The position numbers and the translations under genes were made by a program. A stretch of DNA of 64,000 bases from contig OZ242214.1 of the NCBI GenBank assembly GCA_965206595.1, forward strand, positions 1,984,001 to 2,048,000, read 5' to 3'. This document shows, piece by piece, positions 1-12,107 of this stretch. Origin of the DNA: Candidatus Latescibacterota bacterium. GTDB lineage: Bacteria > Latescibacterota > UBA2968 > UBA8231. The notes under the pieces were generated by a model. That model did no database searches and had not been told where the DNA came from. It saw nothing but the letters and a program-made list of their open reading frames with translations. The number at the start of each line of letters is the position of its first letter. Position 1 is the first letter of the stretch.

Positions 1-323
1 ATGGTCAGGCGAAGGTCGCTGCCGCGGGCGAACTCCCTGGCGAGTTTCGCGGTGCGGTCGGTCGAGCCGTCGTCGACGAGGATCACCTCGTATTTCTCCG
101 ATGGCAGCGTCTGACGGTCCAGCCCCCGCAGGCAGGCGACGATGTTGTCCTCCTCGTTGCGGGCGGCGATAACGATGGAGATTTCCCGACGGGGGTGGGT
201 GGGCTTTTTCCGGGTTCGGTTGACCTCCTCGCGGGAGGGGAGTCCCTGCCGGAACCAGAGGACCCCGGCGGCGTAGACGGCAGTGAGCCCTGCCAGCGCG
301 ACCTCGATGACAGACGCGTCCAC
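1..323 (-). CDS. Glycosyltransferase family 2 protein (5' part; runs off window start)
   Basis: Manual translation from GTG at 323 gives an N-terminal TM segment, then ISIVIAARNEEDNIVACL...YEVILVDDGSTD (GT2 signature). Confidence 0.85.
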   Translation of the reverse strand, partial: MDASVIEVALAGLTAVYAAGVLWFRQGLPSREEVNRTRKKPTHPRREISIVIAARNEEDNIVACLRGLDRQTLPSEKYEVILVDDGSTDRTAKLAREFARGSDLRLT

Positions 324-334
324 CGCCGCCGGGG

Positions 335-1408
335 CTAACCGCGCAGCTCTTTGACAAGCGTGAACATGCCGCGGTACCCCTCCGAGCAGTTGCGGCACAT
401 GTCGACCGACTTGCGATCGGCCAGGATTTTCCGACGGAAGTCCATGTACGCACGTCCGCGCCAGATGTCGCGGAAGTCTCGGCCGGGATCGAAGCTATCC
501 CCCATCCCGAAGTCGACATCCTTGTCGAAGCAGCAGGGAGCCACGGCCCCGTTCCAGTTCACCATCGAGGAATACCACAGCACCTTGCATCCCTTGCTGG
601 GCTGACCCTTGACGAGCAACTCCCCGGAGGGGGAATCTTCGTAGCGCCGATAGTCGCCGTCTTCGGGCAGAAACTCTTCCACTTCCTCCGAAGAGTACAC
701 CTGCGCAGTCTTGACGAGGAATTTCTCGGCGCCCAGCTCGGCTGCCAGTCGCTCCGCCTCGGCGATGTCCCCCTCGTTATGGCGAAATACGATGAACTGC
801 AGGTTGACGAGGGGGATTCTGGAGCCGAGTTCCGACTTGGCCTGTGCCAGCAGGCGGGCGCCGCGAATGACGTAGTCGAAACGCCCTCCGACGCGGTAGC
901 GCTCGTACGTCTCCTGGTCGACTCCGTCGAGCGAAACGATGATTTCGTCGAGTCCGGAAGCGACGATCGCCCGGGCCTGCTCGATGTTGCGTATGTAATG
1001 GCCGTTGGTGCTCGTCATCGTCGGGATCCGTCTGTCCCGGGCGTAGCGAACCATGTCGACGAAACCCTTGTTGATGAAGGGCTCCCCCTGGTTCCACAGC
1101 ATCAGCAGGACCAGGTGCTCACCTACCTCGTCGATGAGCCTCTTGAAGTCGTCGAGGTTCATGTGGCCGCGGGCCCGTTTCATCTCCCCGTTGCCGGAAG
1201 GGCACAAAGGGCACTTCAGATTACAGAAGTTCGTCGGCTCGATCATCATCATGAACGGCCGGCCCCAGACGACGGGACGACCCGTGGCCGACGAGAGCCC
1301 CATCGAAGCCAGCACCTTGCCCGCGTTCCACAGTCGTTTCCAGGTGAAGGCGTACCCGTAGCGTTCGATGTACCTGGGAATCGCCCTGGGGGACAGCATA
1401 AAGGCCAA
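335..1408 (-). CDS. Radical SAM protein with C-terminal SPASM/twitch domain
   Basis: CNLKCPLC (CxxxCxxC), GEP motif, C-terminal C...GAVAPCC...CRNC auxiliary cluster cysteines. Confidence 0.9.
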   Translation of the reverse strand: MAFMLSPRAIPRYIERYGYAFTWKRLWNAGKVLASMGLSSATGRPVVWGRPFMMMIEPTNFCNLKCPLCPSGNGEMKRARGHMNLDDFKRLIDEVGEHLVLLMLWNQGEPFINKGFVDMVRYARDRRIPTMTSTNGHYIRNIEQARAIVASGLDEIIVSLDGVDQETYERYRVGGRFDYVIRGARLLAQAKSELGSRIPLVNLQFIVFRHNEGDIAEAERLAAELGAEKFLVKTAQVYSSEEVEEFLPEDGDYRRYEDSPSGELLVKGQPSKGCKVLWYSSMVNWNGAVAPCCFDKDVDFGMGDSFDPGRDFRDIWRGRAYMDFRRKILADRKSVDMCRNCSEGYRGMFTLVKELRG

Positions 1409-1464
1409 TGGAATCTGTTTCCGGTGTCGGTGGTTGGCAGTGCGGGTCGATCGGCAGTGGCGCC

Positions 1465-2607
1465 CTACGTCGCCTGGAATTCCTCTTCATCCTCCCCCTC
1501 CTCGCGCCAGCGAAACCAGCCCGCGGTGCCAGCGGGCACGAACAGCAGGACGTATGGAATATAGAGAAATTCGAGAATCGGCAAGAAAAGGATCAGCCTG
1601 CGGTCTTCGGCTGTCGGCGCGAAACCCTGAAGCAGAAGGAAATCTATTAACCAGCGTGCTCCCCAGACCGCGGGGAAAACGGCCGGCACCCTCTCGAACA
1701 GGAAGGTCTGAACTACCCCCCACAGCAGGGTCAGGTGAAGGAGGTAGACGGCCGCCCCCAGCACCTTCGCGGCCCCTCGATAGTGCCCCGCCTTGGAGGC
1801 GTGGCGCAGTTTCTGGTGCATGAGCCCATACCAGGATTCAGGTCCGGGATCACATGCAACCACCGCCTCGGGGTCGCGGCAGAAAACGAACTGCCAGTCG
1901 GTGGCCTCGGCTACCAGCCGGGCGAAGTAGACGTCGTCGCCGGCTACGAGATGGCCGATGTCGGCGTACCCTCCGACCTCGTCGTACACGCGCCGCCTGA
2001 AGGCGAGATTTCTACCCGTGCAGGAGAGCACGGCCCCTCTCCCGATGCTGCCGGCCGCAAGGGCGCTGACGGCGAGGTTGTCCAGGGCAAGTACCCGGTG
2101 CCGCAGCCACCTCGTCCTGCGCGGCCTCGCGTACCCTGCGACCAGCCCGACGCCGGCGGCGAACATGGAGGCCGTTATGCGCACCCAGGCCGGTGACGGC
2201 TCGCAGTCGGCGTCGGTGAACAGCAGCAGCTCGCCGGAGCTGGCGGCGATCCCCCGTGCCAGGGCGCTCTTCTTCGGGCACTCGAACTCCCCATCCCCCT
2301 GGCTCAGCGACACCGGCTTTAGAGCGGGCCACTTCCCGGCGATTTCCCGAAGAATTTCCGCGGTTCGGTCGCTGGAGCGGTCGTCGACCACAACGACTTC
2401 GAACCTGCCGGCATAGTCCTGGAGCTGAAGCGACCGCAGGCAGGTGGAGATCGTGGCCTCCTCGTTGCGCGCCGCGATGATTACGCTGACGTCGGGAGTG
2501 GCCCCGGAGGCCGCTGGGGCCACTCGCCGGAGCCCCAGCAACAGCCATCCGACGGCAGCGGCGTACGCGCATCCGAGGAGGATCATCGCCGCCTGGAGCT
2601 CAAGCAT
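1465..2607 (-). CDS. Membrane-anchored glycosyltransferase family 2
   Basis: VIIAARNEE, VVDDRSSD, FTDADC (DxD), GDD, QKLRH (QxxRW-like), C-terminal TM helices. Confidence 0.9.
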   Translation of the reverse strand: MLELQAAMILLGCAYAAAVGWLLLGLRRVAPAASGATPDVSVIIAARNEEATISTCLRSLQLQDYAGRFEVVVVDDRSSDRTAEILREIAGKWPALKPVSLSQGDGEFECPKKSALARGIAASSGELLLFTDADCEPSPAWVRITASMFAAGVGLVAGYARPRRTRWLRHRVLALDNLAVSALAAGSIGRGAVLSCTGRNLAFRRRVYDEVGGYADIGHLVAGDDVYFARLVAEATDWQFVFCRDPEAVVACDPGPESWYGLMHQKLRHASKAGHYRGAAKVLGAAVYLLHLTLLWGVVQTFLFERVPAVFPAVWGARWLIDFLLLQGFAPTAEDRRLILFLPILEFLYIPYVLLFVPAGTAGWFRWREEGEDEEEFQAT

Positions 2608-2669
2608 CGATCACGAAGGGTGAGGGTGGAAGGCGAAAGGGCCTCCAGGGCCTGATCCTGCCCTGGAGG

Positions 2670-4451
2670 TCAGAAATAACCGTAACGGAGATCGAAGCTG
2701 ACATCCCGGCTCGAGCCATCGCCGTAACCTGTGCGGCTCTCCAGGGCAATGTTCGGCCGCCACCTGGGAGGAAGGGGGACGTTGGTTCCCCATTCATGGG
2801 CGTAACCAACCGCCACCCCGAGGGCGGGGCGCACCCTCCATTCCAGATTCAGCGACAGCCTGGTCCAGACGTGGAGGTTTCCAGCGAGGAATTCCTTGGA
2901 TTCACGGTCGTCCAACGGACGCCAGCCGCGATGCAGGTCCCCGCCGACATTGAGAACGGTACCGTCCTCCAGGATTTCGTTGCTCCCGTGGCGGGTGCGC
3001 GACAGGTTCGCCCCCAGACTCAGATCGCGGTTGAATCGGCGGCTCGCGGCCAACTCCAAGCGGTCGGCGTTCGGACCGAGCGAATGCCCGAGTGGGGAGT
3101 CGAAATGACGGAAAGTGTTGATCGGGAACTTGTGCGTATAGATCCAGGGCTCGATACGCACGTACTCGGCGCGCAGATCGGTATCCCGCAAACCGGCCGG
3201 ATCTACCCACAACAGGCCTGTCTGCAGGGAAAACTTGTTGGCGAAGTCATCGCTGAAGATACGCAGCTTCTTGAGGTCGTCGACGACGTAGGCGAGGTGG
3301 AACTTCATCCCGTTTCCCGGATGGAGATCGAAATCGATGCCCATCATCAGGTTGTCCTTGTCACCCTGGTAGCTCTGGGCCGCCCAGTAGAACATCACCG
3401 GGTTGAGGTAGGTTGGCTGCGGGGGTCGGTCGCCGTACACCAGAACCTCGTGTAAGCCGACGTCGAGCCAGTCGAAAAGGGATGCTTCCACGCGGTGAGC
3501 GGCGAGGTACTTGCCGCGCTCCAACGGGCGCCTGACTCCGTTGACGAGGTACGACGCGGAACTATCGCCGACACCGGCACATTGGGGGGAATCGGGCCGG
3601 TCGGGACATGGGCGGAGGGCGCCGGCGATGCTCACCAGCTTGAGTATTCCGAACTGCCCGCGCAGACGGATCATGTCGAACGCTGGAGCATTGTCGCTCA
3701 ACCCGAGGTTGTCCCTCGCCGCCGGGCCCCAACTCGCCTGACCTTTTCCGACCTCGACCATGAGATCCGGCAGCGGCGAAAAAAACAGCGCCGCTGTTCC
3801 CTCGTGAAAATCCGCTATATTGCCCTTCAGCTGCGGAACCTCCAGGCGGCGCTCGAAGACGTCGTCGCGAATCCGGTAGCTGCGGGTCCCCTGCTCGCGC
3901 GTCTGCAGAAAGGCGATGCGGAAGCCGACGCGCTCCCAGGCTTCACCCCACAGCACCCCCCCGAGCCCGTTTCGGTACACCTGCTCGCTACCAGCGCGGT
4001 TCAACCCGGAATGGACATCGATCTGATGTCGCAGCAGGAGATCGGCAAAAAGTTCCCCTTGGGGAGCGGAATAACCCACCAGCGGTTCGCCGCGGTGGAC
4101 CCGCGCCAGCGCGCTTCCCCCGGAGCGGTCCGCCGCCGGGCTGCCGGTGGAGGAAGCGGCATCCTCAAGATCGAATTCCCGGCGCAGCAGGTCGAGCTCC
4201 GATTGCTCCACCTTGCTGAGGCGCTCGTGGTTCTCGCCGACCCGTCGCAGGGCCGCGGCCATTTCGGATCGCGTGAACGGTTTGATGCCGTCCCCCAGGC
4301 GCACGAGCACCCCTTTCGTCTCACAACGTTCCAGAAAGCGGTAGCTCCAGTGAGCGATCGAAACTGGGGTGGAGCCACCCCCGGCCGCCCCGGAATGAGT
4401 GTGCGCCAAAATCGCGACGAGCGCACTTAAACCCAGTCTTGACAGTATCAT
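2670..4451 (-). CDS. Capsule assembly Wzi-family outer-membrane beta-barrel protein
   Basis: Signal peptide from ATG 4451; KPFTRSE, WGP...LSDNAPAFD, AAHRVE, YLNPV, LGHSLGPNAD motifs; terminal Phe. Confidence 0.7.
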   Translation of the reverse strand: MILSRLGLSALVAILAHTHSGAAGGGSTPVSIAHWSYRFLERCETKGVLVRLGDGIKPFTRSEMAAALRRVGENHERLSKVEQSELDLLRREFDLEDAASSTGSPAADRSGGSALARVHRGEPLVGYSAPQGELFADLLLRHQIDVHSGLNRAGSEQVYRNGLGGVLWGEAWERVGFRIAFLQTREQGTRSYRIRDDVFERRLEVPQLKGNIADFHEGTAALFFSPLPDLMVEVGKGQASWGPAARDNLGLSDNAPAFDMIRLRGQFGILKLVSIAGALRPCPDRPDSPQCAGVGDSSASYLVNGVRRPLERGKYLAAHRVEASLFDWLDVGLHEVLVYGDRPPQPTYLNPVMFYWAAQSYQGDKDNLMMGIDFDLHPGNGMKFHLAYVVDDLKKLRIFSDDFANKFSLQTGLLWVDPAGLRDTDLRAEYVRIEPWIYTHKFPINTFRHFDSPLGHSLGPNADRLELAASRRFNRDLSLGANLSRTRHGSNEILEDGTVLNVGGDLHRGWRPLDDRESKEFLAGNLHVWTRLSLNLEWRVRPALGVAVGYAHEWGTNVPLPPRWRPNIALESRTGYGDGSSRDVSFDLRYGYF

Positions 4452-4595
4452 ACGTGCCGGATAGTTTGCCCGCCCGCAAGCGGGAGATGTGGTCGAGGGA
4501 CGGATGGCCCTTCCGTCCGCGGGGATCCCAAAAGTGCTCAGGTCGCGCGAGCCGGGCAAACGACTCGGAACATCAGCAGGAAAAAAATCAGGTGA

Positions 4596-5897
<1,302 letters not shown>

Positions 5898-6017
5898 CCA
5901 ATCCGGGCCCCCGGCTTGGGCAACCCCCCTACGTACCACCGATATTCCCGGAGCCCGGGTACTGTTGCTCCAAATTCTCACATCGACTTCATGGAATTCC
6001 AGTTGTTCTTCAGTGAA

Positions 6018-7292
6018 TTATCCGCTTTTCAATAGTGATTCGGTGCGAGAACTGGGGCTTTCATTGGGCTCCTCCACGGAACGCCCCGCGGCAAAATCCA
6101 ACCCCAAATATCCCGCGAAGACCCCAGCCAGCACCCCGGCCCCGACCCCCCCGCCAAAGGCGTTGAACAGGACCAGGGCAGCCAGAAGCGAGAGCTGCTC
6201 CGATTCGTCGAGGTTTGCCCCCAGCGGAGGAGATCCGGTGGACCCCCTTCGCGACAGTAGCTTGACGACCGAGGCAGCGATGAATTTCACTGCGGGACGC
6301 AGCAGGAGGACCACCGCCAGCGAAATGGCGAACGATTCCCAGTCGATTCCAGCAACCTGAAGCCGGTCACCGAGAAGCCAGCCGAGCGCCAGAGGCAGAC
6401 CGAAGCGGGCTAGTGGGCGTCCGCGCTCGACGACCCGGAGGATGTCGAGTCGCCGCAGAGTGCAGTTGATCAACCAGATGCCGGTGAACGCCCCCACCCA
6501 GAGCGGCTGCAGCCCGAGGCCCCCCGACAGACCAGCACCGACGAATGCGAAGCTTGACAAGAGGAACAAAAGGGGCCCGGTCGGGTGATACTCGCGCGAG
6601 GCAAGATCGCAGAGCAGGCCAATGATCCCGCCTAGTGCGGCTCCCCATAAAATCCTGTCAACCCCTTCCATTGCAATTAGTTGAGAAAGACCGAAAAAAG
6701 GTGTAGTCAGCTCGGAGGCGGGGGCTGGCATAAGGGCTGAAGCCACCCCAAGGGAGGCGATGGCTGCTACGGCAGAAAGGGATGGGCGCCGGAATTCGAG
6801 GCGATGCGTCGCCCGAAACGAACCGCTGCGTTCCCTGGTCGAGGACGGACCTGCGATGCATAACGCAGCCAGAACCATGGCTGCGGCAGGAGTGGCCAGA
6901 TCTCCTCCGGTCCCAGGCACATTGCTCATGGCGTACACAGAGACGGGAGCAAGTACCAGGGCAATGAGGAATTGATAGAAGCCGGGAAGCAGGCTCGAGC
7001 CCCCCGCAAGGCGAAGAACGCGGAAGTCCAGGCAGCATCCGCAGGAAAAGCCGATCCATCCTGCGAAAAAGAGGGAAGCCAGGCCCGCGGCATCCCCAAG
7101 ACCGGACAACCAAGGCGTTCCGCTACAGCCGAAGAGGAGCCCGACCACGGCACACAGATGGCGCTCACCGACAACAGCGACAACTCCCGGACTCGCGCTC
7201 TCCCGCTGCAACACCCAGCCGCGGACAACATACGCTCCGTACGCTGCGACGATGGCGGCGGCGACCAGAAATGCCGGGACCAGAGCGGGCAT
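6018..7292 (-). CDS. Multi-pass membrane protein, cation:proton antiporter-like
   Basis: About 12 hydrophobic segments; GWIGF..G..LDF and LRPAVK patterns reminiscent of CPA transporters. Confidence 0.5.
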   Translation of the reverse strand: MPALVPAFLVAAAIVAAYGAYVVRGWVLQRESASPGVVAVVGERHLCAVVGLLFGCSGTPWLSGLGDAAGLASLFFAGWIGFSCGCCLDFRVLRLAGGSSLLPGFYQFLIALVLAPVSVYAMSNVPGTGGDLATPAAAMVLAALCIAGPSSTRERSGSFRATHRLEFRRPSLSAVAAIASLGVASALMPAPASELTTPFFGLSQLIAMEGVDRILWGAALGGIIGLLCDLASREYHPTGPLLFLLSSFAFVGAGLSGGLGLQPLWVGAFTGIWLINCTLRRLDILRVVERGRPLARFGLPLALGWLLGDRLQVAGIDWESFAISLAVVLLLRPAVKFIAASVVKLLSRRGSTGSPPLGANLDESEQLSLLAALVLFNAFGGGVGAGVLAGVFAGYLGLDFAAGRSVEEPNESPSSRTESLLKSG

Positions 7293-8156
7293 TCAGGCAG
7301 CCCCGTCTATCGGCCGTCCCGTGTCGAGGTCGAGATTGGCGAGGCCGGCAAAACGTTTGGGCCAGGCGTCGGCCAAGTCGCTCAGCGCAGCTCGACCGCG
7401 CGCCATCATCCGGTTCGTCGCCTCCTCCCTCGGCCGTTTCGGGTTGACCAAGCCTACTGCGTTCTCGAAGAACTCGACCGGCGCCAGGAGGCCGCTCATG
7501 GCACGGTAAAAGGGAGCAGAAATACGCCCTGCGAGGCCGGCCGCCGGACTGTGTCCCACCGGCTTGGCGGAACCCGCCCATTTGAAGATTGACGGCATTC
7601 TTCCGACCCAGCTCGCCAGTGACCGCCATCCGCGGCAGATGACTTCGTCGTCGGCTTCTGAGGGAAAATACTCCCGTGCCGCCCCCGTGAGTTGACACTC
7701 CTCTCCCGGCCGTACCGGCATGTCGATCTTTACCACCCACTCGGCAGCGGAACTTTTTTCCAGGACATGGCAGTCCAACCCCCACTCCAGGCTCTTGTGC
7801 CACAGGTCGGACCGCCCACTCAGTGCCCCACTGCCTGCGGCGGCAAGCGCGACCTCCTCGTTTATCAATGGGTGAATCCGAATGTCGGTGTAAAGGTGAA
7901 GAGCCCAGCCGGCCGCGAAGGCCTCCTCTGCCGGGGTTCGCGACAGGGCGAGGAGATGCCTTGCGAAGTCACCGGTTCTCTCGTGGTGAATGCGGTGGGA
8001 AAGGCGCCGGGGACCGCCGGGGAAAAAACCGATATCGGGAGCTACAGATCCGGCCTGGAATGCGGTCAGAAGCAGGGCGTCTTCCTTCCGGTTTCCTTTC
8101 GCCAAGGCCGGGAACGCGCGGCGGGCGAGCCACAGGTGAAAAAGGCTTCCAGCCAA
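7293..8156 (-). CDS. Zinc-dependent phospholipase C family protein
   Basis: N-terminal His, GSVAPDIG, IHH, GWALHLYTDIRIHP, HKSLEWGLD zinc-ligand pattern; TTG start. Confidence 0.75.
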   Translation of the reverse strand: MAGSLFHLWLARRAFPALAKGNRKEDALLLTAFQAGSVAPDIGFFPGGPRRLSHRIHHERTGDFARHLLALSRTPAEEAFAAGWALHLYTDIRIHPLINEEVALAAAGSGALSGRSDLWHKSLEWGLDCHVLEKSSAAEWVVKIDMPVRPGEECQLTGAAREYFPSEADDEVICRGWRSLASWVGRMPSIFKWAGSAKPVGHSPAAGLAGRISAPFYRAMSGLLAPVEFFENAVGLVNPKRPREEATNRMMARGRAALSDLADAWPKRFAGLANLDLDTGRPIDGAA

Positions 8157-8206
8157 TCAGGCCAGCCGATCGAACCGCCGCCGGTGAAACCCCGGGAGTG
8201 GGCGTC

Positions 8207-9377
8207 TAGTGTCCTGTCGTATAATTAACTGTACAAACAATTGAAGGTGCCGTAGGTTTCTCTTATCCCCTTTCTGAAAGGAGAGACCTATGGTGACGGG
8301 GCGTCCATTACCGCCGTTAGAGCTGAGTCCGTCGGACCGGGAACGATTGGAATCGATGGCCAAATCCCGGAGCCTTTCCCACGGGTTGGTGCGGCGAGCC
8401 GAGATTAGTCTGCTGGCCGCAGAAGGCTGGCCCAATGAAGCCGTCGCCGCCGCCGTGGGTGTGACGCGTGCTACGGTCGGCAAGTGGCGCCGGCGCTTTC
8501 TCGAAAACGGGCTCCAGGGCTTGCATGATGAGCTGCGCTCAGGGGCGCCACGATCGAGTACGGATGAACAGGTAGCCGAGGTGGTATACAAGACCCTGAA
8601 GACCAAGCCCAAAGACGAAACACAGTGGTCGGTGCGCTCCATGGGCGAAGAAACCGGCTTGACCAAGGACGCGGTTCATCGCATTTGGCGCACATATGGT
8701 TTGCAGCCCCATCGACACAAGCACTTCACGCTTTCCACCGATCCTTTCTTTGTCGACAAAGTACGGGATATCGTCGGCTTGTACCTGAATCCACCCGAGC
8801 ACGCCCTGGTGCTGTGCGTCGACGAGAAGAGCCCGATCCAGGCGTTGGAACGAAGTCAGCCCATGCTGCCCCTGGGACTGGGATACGTGGAAGGGATTAC
8901 GCACGATTACAAGCGCCATGGCACCACCACCCTGTTTGCCGCCTTGGACGTAGCCACCGGGGAAGTGATGACCCAGTGCAAGCCCCGTCATCGTCACCAG
9001 GAGTTCCTCCCGTTCCTGCGCCACATCGAGGCCCACGTCCCCGCTGACCTCGATATTCATCTCGTCGTCGACAACTACGCCACGCATAAGCAGGCCAAGG
9101 TCAAGCGATGGCTGGCACGGCGTCCCCGATTTCACGTTCACTACACCCCCACCTATGCTTCGTGGCTCAATCAGGTGGAGATCTGGTTCAATATCCTTAC
9201 CCGCCAGGCGGTTCGGCGCGATTCGTTCCGTAAGGTATCCGAGCTCATCGAGCGCATCGAACGCTACACGGCCAAATGGAACGCCAACGCACACCCTTTC
9301 GTCTGGACCGCTACGGCCGATTCCATCCTCGCGAAAATCAAGAGACTTTGCGAACGAATCTCTGCGACACAACACTA
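8207..9377 (+). mobile_element. IS630-family insertion sequence
   Basis: Imperfect terminal IRs TAGTGTCCTGTCG / CGACACAACACTA; CTAG at both junctions (8206-8209, 9375-9378), consistent with TA target duplication. Confidence 0.92.
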
Positions 9378-9378
9378 G
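8290..9378 (+). CDS. IS630-family DDE transposase
   Basis: N-terminal HTH; catalytic [23 protein letters not shown]; uninterrupted 362-aa ORF with stop in the right end. Confidence 0.95.
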   Translation: MVTGRPLPPLELSPSDRERLESMAKSRSLSHGLVRRAEISLLAAEGWPNEAVAAAVGVTRATVGKWRRRFLENGLQGLHDELRSGAPRSSTDEQVAEVVYKTLKTKPKDETQWSVRSMGEETGLTKDAVHRIWRTYGLQPHRHKHFTLSTDPFFVDKVRDIVGLYLNPPEHALVLCVDEKSPIQALERSQPMLPLGLGYVEGITHDYKRHGTTTLFAALDVATGEVMTQCKPRHRHQEFLPFLRHIEAHVPADLDIHLVVDNYATHKQAKVKRWLARRPRFHVHYTPTYASWLNQVEIWFNILTRQAVRRDSFRKVSELIERIERYTAKWNANAHPFVWTATADSILAKIKRLCERISATQH

Positions 9379-9387
9379 CGGGTGGAG

Positions 9388-9861
9388 TCAGAAGGGGAGG
9401 TCGTCTTCGGCGTCAGTTCCGCCCCCGGCGGAGAACCCCGGTCCGCCGGCGTTCCCGCCCCCTATCTCAGGAGGTGGAGCGGGGGGAACAGGCGGCCCCT
9501 CCCCGGCACCCTCTGCTTGCTCCCCGCGACTATCGAGCATCTGCATGTCGTTGACGACGATTTCCGTGGTATAGCGCTTCTGGCCGTTCTGGTCCTCCCA
9601 GGCCCGGGTCTCGATCCTGCCTTCGACATAGACCTTGCTTCCCTTGCGCAGGTACTGTCCTACGATCTCTGCCAGCTTTCTCCAGAAGACCAGGCGATGC
9701 CACTCGGTCCTATCCTGCCGTTCCCCGTTTCGGTCGGTCCAGGATTCGTTGGTCGCCAGACTGACGTTGGCAACCGGGACGCCGCTCGGCGTGTACTTCA
9801 CTTCCGGGTCGGAACCGAGGTTGCCGATCAGGATCGCTTTGTTGACACCCCCTCGGGACAT
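9388..9861 (-). CDS. ssb: Single-stranded DNA-binding protein (canonical)
   Basis: [32 protein letters not shown], Gly/Pro linker, DDLPF tail; AAAGGAG RBS before ATG 9861. Confidence 0.97.
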   Translation of the reverse strand: MSRGGVNKAILIGNLGSDPEVKYTPSGVPVANVSLATNESWTDRNGERQDRTEWHRLVFWRKLAEIVGQYLRKGSKVYVEGRIETRAWEDQNGQKRYTTEIVVNDMQMLDSRGEQAEGAGEGPPVPPAPPPEIGGGNAGGPGFSAGGGTDAEDDLPF

Positions 9862-10171
9862 TGGAAACTCTCCTTTCCTCGAAACCAACCCGAGTCCGCG
9901 AGGGACCGCCACATCGCGAGCATGGACCGGTGGAGTTAGTATTTTGGGGTACGTAAACCGGTCGGTGAAACAGGGTCAAGAGATGGGCCTGCCGCCCGTC
10001 AACAAATATCCCTTTCTTGAAATTCCCCGGCCGATTCATCCATGCTGCGGCTTTCAACCAATGTCCAGTATCCACCAGCCAGGGATGATTGCACACCCGG
10101 TGCCTTCGATTCAGCACAATCGCACGCCACATCACCTCAGCACGATCACCCTCAGATAGCGGGAAGCCATC

Positions 10172-11288
10172 ATGAGCACTCCTGCCATGTATCATCGCCT
10201 GGGACTACGCCCCTTCATAAACGCCCGGGGCACCATTACCACCCTGGGCGGCTCGATCATGCCCCTGGAGGTGGTCGATGCGATGGTCGAGGCTTCGCGG
10301 CAGTTCGTACACCTCAACGAGTTGCACGAAAAGGCCGGGGCGCGCATCGCCCGGCTCACCGGAGCCGAAGGGGCATTCATTTCGGCCGGAGCGGCCTCGG
10401 GCATGCTCCTGGCCGGCGCCGCTTGCCTCACCGGCGAGGACCCCGAGTTCATCGGCCGTCTCCCTGACACCGGAGGCCGCGCCAACGAATTCGTGATCTC
10501 CCTTGTTGACGGCCACTACTACGTGCACCAAAGGGTTCCAGGTGTGCGGAGGCACCCTGGTCAAGGTCGGCACCCCCCATTCGGTACGCGCCCGAGACTA
10601 TGCCGACGGGATCTCCGAGCGTACCGCGGCTTGCGTCTTCTTCCTGGGCAGCCAGCGCCGCGAGCAACTACCCGAGATCATTGAGGTGAGCCATGCCCGC
10701 GGAGTGCCCGTCATCGTCGATGCCGCCGCCCAGCTTCCTCCGCGAGCCAATCTGACCGAACTGACCGCAATGGGAGCCGACTTGGTGATCTTCAGCGGAG
10801 GAAAGGGACTTTCCGGGCCGCAGTCCACAGGTTTGATCCTGGGCAGGGCCGACCTGGTGCGTGCCTGCCGCATCAACAGCAATCCTCACTCCGGGGTGGG
10901 ACGCGGCATGAAGGTGGGCAAGGAGGAAATTTGCGGGCTGCTAAGGGCCGTAGAACTGTTCTTCGAGCAGGATGAGGAGGCTGTTGTTGCGGAGTGGGTG
11001 CGCCGCTGCCACCTGATCGCCGAAACCGCGGCCGGTGTACCGGGGGTAGAGCCGGAATACCAGCCGCCCTACGCCAACCAGTTTCCTCCCGCCTCCCCCC
11101 TGATTCACCTCGTCTTCGGCTCTTACGCACCCATTACCGCAGCCCAGGTTGCCCGAGAGCTTGAAGCGGGGGAACCGTCGGTACTGGCCGGGTGCTCCCG
11201 GTATGTAGTGAGTGTGGGGCCACAAACCTTGCAGAATGGGGAAGCTGAGATCATCGCAGCGCGGCTGCGGGCGATTCTGTCCGGGTGA
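10172..11288 (+). pseudogene. SelA/DgaE-like PLP-dependent enzyme, +1 frameshift near 10530 (real lesion or assembly error)
   Basis: INARGTITTLGGS N-terminus in ORF 10172; VDAAAQLP, FSGGKG (PLP Lys) and GRGMKVGKEE in ORF 10503; removing one A from caaagggttc joins them. Confidence 0.75.
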
Positions 11289-11368
11289 GTTGCCGCCAGA
11301 GTGATCTTTAAAGCAGGCGCGGCGATCGAGGACGGCGCAAGCCATACAGACAACCACAGGAGCCATTC

Positions 11369-12107
11369 ATGCACCTCAAGCATATGCGTCCCAACCAGTT
11401 AAGCGACATGGTCGCCGGGGGGGGGGAACCCTCTCCTGGTCCCGGCCGGCTGCATCGAGACCCACGGCCCGCACATGGCGATTGGCCACGACACCCTCAT
11501 CGTCGAGGAAATCTGCGACCGCGTCGCCGCGCGCACTCCCTGCGCAATTGCCCCCTCCTTCGACTACGGCCCCACCGGCTACGCTCTTGGCGGCCCCGCG
11601 GACGGCACCATCGATCCGGACTACGACTCGTTTGGCCGCTATGTAAAGAGCATCCTTCGCAACTTCGTCGAGATGGGCTTTCGCAAGACCTACGTTATCG
11701 TCATGCATCAGGGGATGGGCGGCCCCTTGGCCCTGTCTTTCAGCAAGGCCTCCGCCGAGCTCGGATTTGAGCAGGTGCTCGCGGCTGGCCACAAGCGCGG
11801 CTGGTGGGGGGACAGGGAAGCACTCGCCAGGGCCGGCGCCTGGAGCGGCCGCATCGAGGTTCAACCGATGATTCTGCCGGAGGCCAGTCCCCCGGCCGGC
11901 GGCGACCATGCCGGGTACAACGAGACCTCTTTCCTGATGGCGGTCCGCCCCGAACTGGTCGAACAGGACCGCCTCGACGACGATGTCCCCTGGTACTGCC
12001 TTCAGGATGAAGAGAAAAACAGCCGCACGGCCAACGCACGGCACGGCCGGGAGATGGTGAAGGCCGTGGTCGACACCTGGATCGCCAAAATCGATCGAGA
12101 ACGCTGA
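11369..12107 (+). pseudogene. Creatininase/creatinine amidohydrolase family protein, frameshifted in a G10 run
   Basis: MRPNQL start; after the G-run the correct frame reads LLVPAGCIETHGPHMAIGHDT...HQG...DHAGYNETS; G9 restores the frame. Confidence 0.75.

Noticed and set aside
10172-11288. True selenocysteine synthase SelA
   Set aside because: Too short, lacks the SelA N-terminal tRNA-binding domain and has no sel context
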